This document shows, piece by piece, positions 27,991 to 34,639 of a DNA stretch of 35,540 bases. The notes under the pieces are model-generated. The model was not told where the DNA came from and did not search any database. It saw only the letters and a list, made by a program, of their open reading frames with translations. The position numbers and the translations under genes are program-made. Positions within the stretch are counted from its first letter, which is position 1; each line of letters begins with the position of its first letter. The stretch lies in IMG/VR virus record IMGVR_UViG_3300031716_000030, positions 1 through 35,540 of that record; one strand, given 5' to 3'. Origin of the DNA: a virus. Lineage: Duplodnaviria > Caudoviricetes.

Positions 27991-28371
27991 TCATCCTTCC
28001 TTTTTCGCGAGGGCTTCGCGGGCGAGTTCTTCGTTGACTTCTTTCATCAGCAAACGCATGACGTTGGGAACAAGATCCTCAAGTTTTGATCTCATGCGAC
28101 GCCAAAACTCTTCGCTGTCTCTCAGCCGCTCCACCTCACCCTCAGCGGTTACCAGGGCTTCGTCAATGCGGCGGTTCCACACTATGATGGCCTCTTCAGC
28201 AGTGGTCTTTGCGGCACCACTTGATGCGCATCCATCGCATTTGACTCGCTGTCGCCGTCCCAACCATTCGAGATGTAGCATAGGGCTTCCCTCGTCATGA
28301 TCTCGTTCAGTTATGCCGCAAAACGGACATGGTTTCAGTTCTTCCGTGATTCTTTCGCCAGTGGTTTTCAC
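27991..28371 (-). CDS. Lar-like (restriction alleviation) zinc-ribbon protein
   Basis: ELKPCPFCG...VKCDGCASSG...AIIVWNRR. Confidence 0.75.
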   Translation of the reverse strand: MKTTGERITEELKPCPFCGITERDHDEGSPMLHLEWLGRRQRVKCDGCASSGAAKTTAEEAIIVWNRRIDEALVTAEGEVERLRDSEEFWRRMRSKLEDLVPNVMRLLMKEVNEELAREALAKKEG

Positions 28372-28802
28372 GTTTTCACCTCGATATCGGGAAGCTGGGC
28401 ACGAATAGTTGAAAGCTTGACTAACACTTCTGTGTTGTCGCATTCAATGTCTTCGATCCACTCGCCAAGGGTGGCCGCGTCCTCTGATAAATCCAACGTC
28501 CGCTTCTTCGACAGTTCGGCGTCGATACGAGAGGCGAGGTCCGGGTCAGGTTCGTCCGCGTCGATATAGACAGGAATGAAGTTTCCGGTTTCCGGTTTAT
28601 TTGCCCAGAATCGCGGTTTAACAGTAGGCTCGGTCGAACCCCACCAGCCGATCTGTTTCAATTCCGGCGCCAACAAGCATGCAGATTCGACGCGATCGGC
28701 AAACTCTTTTGGATTCGTCGGTCTGTTGCCCTGAATGGTAGACATAACCAATTCGGCTGCCCATTTGTCGGCCATCTCTGCAAGTCGTTCCTTCGCGTTC
28801 AT
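28368..28802 (-). CDS. Hypothetical protein
   Basis: Coupled ORF in early/middle chain. Confidence 0.55.
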   Translation of the reverse strand: MNAKERLAEMADKWAAELVMSTIQGNRPTNPKEFADRVESACLLAPELKQIGWWGSTEPTVKPRFWANKPETGNFIPVYIDADEPDPDLASRIDAELSKKRTLDLSEDAATLGEWIEDIECDNTEVLVKLSTIRAQLPDIEVKT

Positions 28803-28945
28803 ACTTCCTCCTGTTTCTTCGGAAAAAGCTTCCGGTTAGCCCTCTTGATGATTTTCCATGGCGTGAACCCGACTTCACCATCAAGGTAGGCGCCCATCCA
28901 TCGCTCGCGCTTTGTGCGCCTGACGTTCTGCTTGTGGATGCTCAT
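28799..28945 (-). CDS. Small basic hypothetical protein
   Basis: MSIHKQNVRR...; GGAGGAGG SD. Confidence 0.5.
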   Translation of the reverse strand: MSIHKQNVRRTKRERWMGAYLDGEVGFTPWKIIKRANRKLFPKKQEEV

Positions 28946-29529
28946 GCCTCCTCCGTTTCTGGGGTTTGGCGGGTGATCCATGAATCACGCCAGTCGCCTG
29001 GAAATGGTGGTAAAGCGCATTCTGGCAACGGGTCTCCATTGACTGACCAGATTCCTTCATCGAGAGGTTCACCGGGACCAGTAGCGCACAACCACTCTCC
29101 ATTGTCATCCATCGCCACACCCCCACCCTCTGGCAGATTCAGCGCTTCGATGATGCGTTTTGCATCACGGATGATCTCGATGCGCGGAGAAGCGTGAGTC
29201 GAAGGGATGGCTGCCAATTTGTCAGCGAACAGCCGTTTTGCCATAAGAACAGCGTTTGCTGAATCGAACTGCCCTTGACTCATAAGGAAGTTTGCCGCGC
29301 CTTGGAGTACTTCGCCAAGAACGCCCACGTCAGGCCATTTCGACTCCGCGGCAATCTGTGCTTCGATGGTGGCGATGAGCTTCGATGTTGAGAAATTGAT
29401 AGCATCAACGATTTCCTGAAGTCCCAACAATGTCAGAGTGTGCTCAGGGTTTTGTATCAATTTGACAATTTCTATCAAAGCCTCGACGGCCTTATCCCGC
29501 TGTTCGCGGATGGTTTCGAATTTAGTCAT
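28942..29529 (-). CDS. Hypothetical protein
   Basis: C-terminal VAMDDNGEW...DWRDS motif resembling other phage early proteins. Confidence 0.55.
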   Translation of the reverse strand: MTKFETIREQRDKAVEALIEIVKLIQNPEHTLTLLGLQEIVDAINFSTSKLIATIEAQIAAESKWPDVGVLGEVLQGAANFLMSQGQFDSANAVLMAKRLFADKLAAIPSTHASPRIEIIRDAKRIIEALNLPEGGGVAMDDNGEWLCATGPGEPLDEGIWSVNGDPLPECALPPFPGDWRDSWITRQTPETEEA

Positions 29530-29887
29530 CGTGGTTGTCCTTGGGTGCGGCGGGGAGATGTTGAAAGTGGGTAGGGATGCTGTCAGCGGAAACGCACTCC
29601 GATGTGAAGCTCAGACGCCAGTTCTCACCATCGAAATAGCCAACATATCTCGAACCGTATTCCGATTTGCAAAGAATCGAGTCATCAGCCGGAATGACAG
29701 CGGTTGCCACTGGAATCCACTCGGGCGCCAGGACATTGGCTGCGGCGATGGCGTCCGCAAGAGACTGAATCTCTACCAAAGATAGACCAGAGGTGTGTTT
29801 GGCGATGATATCGCGCAACAGTTCCTTATTGTCCATGCTTGGCCTCCAAATACGCGAGAAGTGCGCCTCTTTCAAAAGCTCTTTCAT
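29522..29887 (-). CDS. DUF551-like protein
   Basis: EWIPV...P, PTHFQHLPAAP. Confidence 0.6.
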   Translation of the reverse strand: MKELLKEAHFSRIWRPSMDNKELLRDIIAKHTSGLSLVEIQSLADAIAAANVLAPEWIPVATAVIPADDSILCKSEYGSRYVGYFDGENWRLSFTSECVSADSIPTHFQHLPAAPKDNHDD

Positions 29888-30249
29888 CCTCTTCTCCTTT
29901 CATACTCGGCCCTCAGTGACCGATATTCTTCACGCATATCAGGCTCAGGCTCATCATCGTTCAGGACTCGCTTTATTCTGGCCAACAACTCGGCTGATTC
30001 CGCACCGCTGTTGCCAATGTTGCACGCATCATTGCAGCGAAGGCTGCAGACTGGCACTAGGTTAAGAGCGTGATGAATAACCTCGGCACCATAGATCGCT
30101 AGGCGCCCCTTGGTCTTGGCTACACGGTGGGCCAGTTGCGAAGTTCCCTCGATGCCCAGAGGCCATTTACAGACCACGCACGACCACCATGCCGCCGCGA
30201 ACAGTTCTTCGCGCTTCTCTTCGGCCTCGAGCTTCTGGCGGCCGTTCAC
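29884..30249 (-). CDS. HNH-like zinc-binding nuclease
   Basis: CVVC...QLAHR...NLVPVCSLRCN. Confidence 0.6.
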   Translation of the reverse strand: MNGRQKLEAEEKREELFAAAWWSCVVCKWPLGIEGTSQLAHRVAKTKGRLAIYGAEVIHHALNLVPVCSLRCNDACNIGNSGAESAELLARIKRVLNDDEPEPDMREEYRSLRAEYERRRG

Positions 30250-30506
30250 CACACACCGCCGTTGAGCAGCTGCCACGCCTCAGCCGCTTCCGTAGGAACC
30301 TCGCCACCGTCCAGCCAGCACACGGCACCCGTCTTCGAACGGTAGACGCCCGACTTACCAAGATGACGACGGAGTGCGGATCCAGGAGCACCAGTCACGC
30401 CCATACGGGCCGCGGCGAGTGGGATGCTTGATGACAGAAAGACACCGCCATCAATGAAGACCCAGCACGCCTTAGGCGGATGCCCACCGGTATGGGGGCG
30501 GTTCAC
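30246..30506 (-). CDS. Small putative DNA-binding protein
   Basis: FLSSSIPLAAARMG (NUMOD1-like); GTGA overlaps. Confidence 0.4.
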   Translation of the reverse strand: MNRPHTGGHPPKACWVFIDGGVFLSSSIPLAAARMGVTGAPGSALRRHLGKSGVYRSKTGAVCWLDGGEVPTEAAEAWQLLNGGVW

Positions 30507-30889
30507 GCGACCGTCTCCCGACCGAACTTGTCCCATGCTTGACGTTTGTTGCGAGCCCGGAAAAACCATCGCTGCTTGATGTCATGCCGAGCCATGATTT
30601 CTGCGAACTCTGGGTCATCGCCGATCATGGCCTGCGTCGCGTCCCTAGCTTCTTCGTTCTCGACGAGGATATATTTGCCGTTGGCTAGCTGGGCCATCTG
30701 CATGTTGGCGCGGATTTCGACGCCAGTGGCGAACCAGCCGACGAGTGGTGACGGTTGCTTATCCTGTCGTCCAAAAGGCCAGCGGAGGCGCTTGGACGAT
30801 GGTTGGGATTTGAGCGCGGCGTCGAAGATCTTGCCGTCGAAGCCCATAGCGTAGGTTTTGTGGAAAAACGGGTGTCGGTCAGCGTTCAT
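30503..30889 (-). CDS. Hypothetical protein
   Basis: Coupled ORF. Confidence 0.5.
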   Translation of the reverse strand: MNADRHPFFHKTYAMGFDGKIFDAALKSQPSSKRLRWPFGRQDKQPSPLVGWFATGVEIRANMQMAQLANGKYILVENEEARDATQAMIGDDPEFAEIMARHDIKQRWFFRARNKRQAWDKFGRETVA

Positions 30890-31409
30890 TGTGCGCTCCT
30901 TGTTGGTCACCGGAGATGGTGGCGATGATCTCTTTCCACTTTTTTGTGTTCACCCCGACCTGTTCACCCTCAGTGACGATGTTATCGATGGCCGTTCGCA
31001 GTTCCTTGCGCGTCCAGTCCGTGCGCGACTTCAGGCGCCCGTATGCCAGTTTCGACTTGTTGGGGCTGTTCTTTATGGCGTCGGGCAGATCGGCGGCTTT
31101 GGCGCATTCCTTGAGCAGATTGGTCTCGGGGTCGATATAGATGATCTTCTCGAATCCCGGCCCCAGCTTGAGCTTGACCTGTTGCCGAAACTCCGTGAGC
31201 GTCATCCCTGGCCGGTAGCCGGAGCTGGGGTAGGACCATGCGTTGGACCGCCAATACTCCTGGACCAGCGCTTCGAACGTGCGCCCCTGCTTGGCGCTGG
31301 GGTCATCCCAGTCGGCGAGTTCGTAAACACACCCGATCAGCGGCGCCTCTTGCCCCTCGACGACGAATTGGCCGACGCGGTCGGAAACTTCGATGATACG
31401 GATTTTCAC
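30879..31409 (-). CDS. Hypothetical recombination-associated protein (NinB-like?)
   Basis: SAKQGRTF...LKSRTDWTRKELRTAID pattern; follows annealing-like gene. Confidence 0.45.
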   Translation of the reverse strand: MKIRIIEVSDRVGQFVVEGQEAPLIGCVYELADWDDPSAKQGRTFEALVQEYWRSNAWSYPSSGYRPGMTLTEFRQQVKLKLGPGFEKIIYIDPETNLLKECAKAADLPDAIKNSPNKSKLAYGRLKSRTDWTRKELRTAIDNIVTEGEQVGVNTKKWKEIIATISGDQQGAHNER

Positions 31410-31410
31410 G

Positions 31411-32277
31411 TCAGAAGTCTCCGGCCTTGGCTGCGGCCATCTCCTGAGCCCGATCCAGAACTGCGTCTAGCATGCGCGAGTTCTCGCCAGCCATCTTCAG
31501 CATTTCCTTGAGCTCGGCCAGATGCGCTTCGGACAGGTTGGCCTTCATGGCTTCGATGGTTCGGATCACGTCGGCACGATTGACCACGGGAGCATCCGGA
31601 GGCGCGGTCTTGCCGCCGAACTCTGGCATGTCTTCTACATCCTGGGTGAAGAAGTCGCTGGCGGCCGTCGCAGTGATCGTGGCATCGATGAACGCCCTCT
31701 TCTTGGCCATCTTGAGTACGGTGTTGTACTGGTCCGCGATGTCGGGATTTTCCATCCGTTCCCCATCACCAGTCACCTTGAGCACGGTCCAGTTACCATC
31801 GACCTTCTTGGCGCGGTATTTTCCGGGCCCGTACAGATCAGCGAGAACCTTCTCGCGCTGGGCACGGTCATCCTTGGGCGCGTCCCAGTATTCCTTAGGG
31901 ACCGGACCCATCTCTTCGGTAGTGTCCTGGTTGCGCCATCGGTACTTAGATTCCATGGTCGAGCATGAACCGACTCCCTGACCGACCATGACCCCGCTGC
32001 CCATATGAATGAGCTTGCAGAGCACTTGGAACTCGCGATGGCCGTTGGGAAGATCGGAGCGATCCACCGTGAACTCGGGAGCCAGGCGGAACAGCACACC
32101 GATCTTCTCGGCGCCGGCCTTGTACAGGCTGGGCTTGTTCGTGCCGGGGATGGTGCCGTAGTGGTCACCTTCCTTCATGACGGCCTGCATGAGGGCCTGG
32201 ATTTTCTGCACCTGGCCGTGAACGTCGCTGACGGAAAGCTCTTGAACGCCGTCGCCTCGGATTACAATATCACCCAC
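31411..32277 (-). CDS. Putative single-strand annealing / recombination protein
   Basis: HYGTIPGTNKPSLYKAGAEK, GVGSCSTME, NTVLKMAKKRAFIDA, FTQDVED. Confidence 0.6.
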   Translation of the reverse strand: MGDIVIRGDGVQELSVSDVHGQVQKIQALMQAVMKEGDHYGTIPGTNKPSLYKAGAEKIGVLFRLAPEFTVDRSDLPNGHREFQVLCKLIHMGSGVMVGQGVGSCSTMESKYRWRNQDTTEEMGPVPKEYWDAPKDDRAQREKVLADLYGPGKYRAKKVDGNWTVLKVTGDGERMENPDIADQYNTVLKMAKKRAFIDATITATAASDFFTQDVEDMPEFGGKTAPPDAPVVNRADVIRTIEAMKANLSEAHLAELKEMLKMAGENSRMLDAVLDRAQEMAAAKAGDF

Positions 32278-32280
32278 AAT

Positions 32281-32499
32281 CTACTCCTTGATCTCTTCCA
32301 GAACTTGTTTCACCAGCTCGTCGCGCTGGGCATCGGTCATCATCTCGCTGATGTCGTCCTGGTGAGCTGTCGTAGCAGAGTGAAGACCCCAACGATATGG
32401 GATGCCTGGACGACTTGAGTATATCGGACTTGGAATTTGCTTGATGCACACGGTCAGCGACACGCCACGGTAGACAGTGCGTATGGTTCTGGTAGTCAA
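32281..32499 (-). CDS. Hypothetical protein (72 aa)
   Basis: AAGGAGG SD then TTG at 32499; the longer ORF-track call runs over RNA elements. Confidence 0.55.
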   Translation of the reverse strand: MTTRTIRTVYRGVSLTVCIKQIPSPIYSSRPGIPYRWGLHSATTAHQDDISEMMTDAQRDELVKQVLEEIKE

Positions 32500-32517
32500 T
32501 TTGCCCTCCTTGAGAGA

Positions 32518-32584
32518 AACCGAGCCAGGGGATTGAACCCTGCTGCCTGACGCGATGCCAAGTCGTCTACCCTCAACGCTCGGT
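32518..32584 (-). ncRNA. tRNA-like element 2 (acceptor stem and T arm; degenerate D and anticodon arms)
   Basis: ACCGAGC/GCTCGGT 7-bp stem stacked on CAGGG-TTCAATC-CCCTG. Confidence 0.6.
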
Positions 32585-32685
32585 GAAAAACAAAGCCGCT
32601 TCATTCCCAGCGGAGTACCCCTGTTCACGCCTCTGGACTTTGGGGCCGCTTTTTACACGGCCCAGACATGAACTCCATCCCCCAG

Positions 32686-32785
32686 TCGGGTGGGCTGGAT
32701 TCGAACCAGCGCGGATTGGTTTCGGTGCCCCTATCTCCAATCACCACGTTAACATGGTGCGGTCGACCACTACGCACATCACCCG
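32686..32785 (-). tRNA. Atypical tRNA-like element 1 (Leu-TAA-like, long variable arm, non-canonical anticodon loop)
   Basis: CGGGTGA/CCACCCG acceptor (6/7), D arm TGCG-TAGTGGTCGAC-CGCA, CCAT-GTTAAC-GTGG, GATTGG..CCAATC, GCTGG-TTCGAAT-CCAGC, discriminator A, no CCA. Confidence 0.6.
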
Positions 32786-32789
32786 AAGT

Positions 32790-33262
32790 TCGGGGTATCG
32801 TCGCCCCCCGAGTGCCTAGCCGGTTTTTCATCGGCGGCCTTTATTAGCTCCCGCCTAGGGACGCCACTTGTTTACGAGCTAGGCATCTGCTCGGCCTGAC
32901 ATGCACAGGCTTCTTGAAAGTGTCCGACGTTGACTCGGAAAGCCTAGGTGACGAAGATTTCCACCAATTGTCCGCCAGCCTTCTATGGCGTACCGCCTTA
33001 CCCTTGCGGTCTCACTTCCACCTGCTTACTCTCTACAGGACGGCATAGCACACCGTAGCCTTTTCCGATTGTTACCGCTTACGTCGGTAGGTCCGCGTCA
33101 TCAGCTTGGACCATGCTGAAACAATGTCGCCGGTCAACGCGTCCAGTGATGGTACTGGCACCCGCGCTCTATTCATCCGGAGCGAACCCGTTTAACATCC
33201 TCCTTGCGCTTGTGCTAACTTCACCCCAAACCCGCCTCGTGTGAAGCGGGAATGGGCTGGGG
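32790..33262 (-). ncRNA. Large structured non-coding RNA candidate
   Basis: No credible ORF; more than 12 short hairpins, multi-branch closing stems and loop complementarities. Confidence 0.65.
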
Positions 33263-33448
33263 TTAGATTCTGCCGCGAAGTTCAAGAAGAACGGTCAGCT
33301 TCGCATTGGCAATCTTGAGCATGCCCATTAGCTTTTCCACGCGAGCGAAATCACCCCGTCCAGCAGACTCAGCAATTTCGAACTCATGAGAACGTCCGGA
33401 ATTCTGTTCGCGTTCGATCATTTCGTCAACAATCTTCTCCATTCCCAT
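33263..33448 (-). CDS. Small early hypothetical protein
   Basis: 61-aa helical ORF. Confidence 0.55.
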   Translation of the reverse strand: MGMEKIVDEMIEREQNSGRSHEFEIAESAGRGDFARVEKLMGMLKIANAKLTVLLELRGRI

Positions 33449-33470
33449 CTCTGCTTTCTTCCCGCTGGGG

Positions 33471-33593
33471 CTAGATCCCCATGAATTCGTAGGTCAAGTT
33501 CGCGTTCCATCCGGCGGGAGCATTGATCCAGACCCAAGCCGCAATGACTTCACCAGTCGAGCGACGCCTAACCGTATAAAATCCGCTTTTCAT
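33471..33593 (-). CDS. 40-aa early hypothetical protein
   Basis: Not in ORF track; MKSGFYTVRRRSTGEVIAAWVWINAPAGWNANLTYEFMGI*; purine-rich SD continuous with twister 3' end. Confidence 0.6.
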   Translation of the reverse strand: MKSGFYTVRRRSTGEVIAAWVWINAPAGWNANLTYEFMGI

Positions 33594-33601
33594 CTTCCTC
33601 T

Positions 33602-33659
33602 CCTCCCTCCGCTTTCTCTCACCCTGGGACTTGGGACCGCAGGCGTTGGCGCGTTGAGG
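33602..33659 (-). ncRNA. Twister ribozyme, type P1 (copy 2)
   Basis: CCT-C^AA-CGC-GC-CAACG-CCTGCGG-TCCCAAGT-CCCAGG-GTGAGAGAAA-GCG-G-A-GGG-AGG: P1, P2, P4, T1 CCC/GGG, T2 GC/GU and catalytic A/G present. Confidence 0.75.
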
Positions 33660-33683
33660 CCCGGCGCTTGGCCGGGATGGTTG

Positions 33684-33866
33684 TTAGCTGTTCGCTTTGT
33701 CAGCTGCCGTCTTAGCCTCTGCCTCGGTTTCGAACAGCCACTTACGTAGCTCTGTTCCGGGCTCAAGGAACTTGCCATTGTCGTATTCGACGGCAAACTT
33801 TCCATCGACTCGTTTAACCACGATGTATTTGCCGCTCACTTTGCCAAGATCGTAAAACTTGATCAT
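33684..33866 (-). CDS. Small early hypothetical protein (60 aa)
   Basis: AAGGA SD then MIKFYDLGKVSGK; first gene after P2. Confidence 0.6.
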   Translation of the reverse strand: MIKFYDLGKVSGKYIVVKRVDGKFAVEYDNGKFLEPGTELRKWLFETEAEAKTAADKANS

Positions 33867-33904
33867 TTTCTCATCCTTTGGCGTTTCCGCCGTCCACATC
33901 TCCA

Positions 33905-33963
33905 ACTGTACATCAGACTCTTTTGTTTTGCAAGTAGATTGTTGCTATGTTTGCGAAAATAGT
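33905..33963 (-). promoter_or_regulatory. Early sigma70-type promoter P2
   Basis: TTGCAA (33933-33928), 17 bp, TACAGT (33910-33905); duplicate of P1. Confidence 0.8.
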
Positions 33964-33964
33964 T

Positions 33965-34180
33965 TCACGGTAATTCTCGCACAGTGCCAACACCAGAGGC
34001 GCCACATGTTTGACACATGCAACGCAGACTTGAGGGCTTAGTCATACAGTTCCACCACCAGTCGGTACCGCAGTGGGTGAAACACACACGGAACTTGGGC
34101 TTTTGCTTATGCGTGACCCGGGTTCGGCTAGTCAGATGGCTCGACTGTCCGTTGTGGATCAGCTCGACCATTAAGTTCAT
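33965..34180 (-). CDS. Small zinc-ribbon-like protein
   Basis: CFTHCG...CMCQTCG; start uncertain (ATG 34180 overlapping stop of a short upstream ORF). Confidence 0.45.
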   Translation of the reverse strand: MNLMVELIHNGQSSHLTSRTRVTHKQKPKFRVCFTHCGTDWWWNCMTKPSSLRCMCQTCGASGVGTVRELP

Positions 34181-34227
34181 GACCATGACCACGATGGTGT
34201 GTGCTTGATGATGATCTTCATAGACAT

Positions 34228-34280
34228 CCTCCACTCCCCATTGCTCGCGGACTTGTGACCGCCGTTGGTTGGGTTAGAGG
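34228..34280 (-). ncRNA. Twister ribozyme, type P1 (copy 1)
   Basis: CCTC-T^AA-CCCA-AC-CAACG-GCGG-TCACAAGT-CCGC-GAGCAA-TGGG-G-A-GTG-GAGG: all helices and both pseudoknots (CAC/GTG, AC/GT) fully paired. Confidence 0.9.
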
Positions 34281-34306
34281 CCCCTCCGAAGAGGGGTCTG
34301 CACGGG

Positions 34307-34639
34307 TCAGTCAGCCACGCGACGAATCTCGGCCGGCGTGTACTCAACCTGGAAGGCCTGCCGATACTTGCCGGGAGGCACGGCGATGGTCGCGTGCTCC
34401 TCATGCACAAGTTCCGCAGTCTTCTTGGCCCAGATGCTCTGGGCCCCTCCTGTCGCACCGTCAAGGAACAGCTTCACGCCGAAACCTTCCTCAAAGCGAT
34501 GATGATGACCGGTGACTTCGCCCAGGGCGAGGACCACCTTCTTGTCGGGCTGTTCCTTGCCCGTGATTTCGTCAGTGGGGACGAGTAAGACGTCTCCCTG
34601 GCGTACGATCTGCTGCTCCATGAGCAACCTCCTTTTCAC
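34307..34639 (-). CDS. Conserved His-rich partner of DUF6745-like proteins
   Basis: RQGDVLL, LALGEVTGHHH, LVHEEHATI..PPGKY..QVEYTP..RRVAD. Confidence 0.75.
   Translation of the reverse strand: MKRRLLMEQQIVRQGDVLLVPTDEITGKEQPDKKVVLALGEVTGHHHRFEEGFGVKLFLDGATGGAQSIWAKKTAELVHEEHATIAVPPGKYRQAFQVEYTPAEIRRVAD

Noticed and set aside
32590-32680. HDV-like/theta ribozyme after the tRNA-like element
   Set aside because: P1/P2 pseudoknot is possible but P3/L3 is too short (CC-AGA-GG)
32281-32831. ORF-track calls 32625..32831 and the N-terminal extension of 32281..32628
   Set aside because: Overlap tRNA-like structures and lack SDs; a good SD supports TTG 32499
32894-32910. Twister-sister-like loop TGCATGT
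   Set aside because: Flanking GCA and GCUxA internal loop and junction not found
33055-33110. Hammerhead-like CTGATGA...GAAA on - strand
   Set aside because: Stems I and III and the UH cleavage site could not be built; stem II only 2 bp
33165-33205. AAGGAGG-ATG micro-ORF MLNGFAPDE
   Set aside because: SD abuts the ATG with zero spacing; 9 codons inside a structured region
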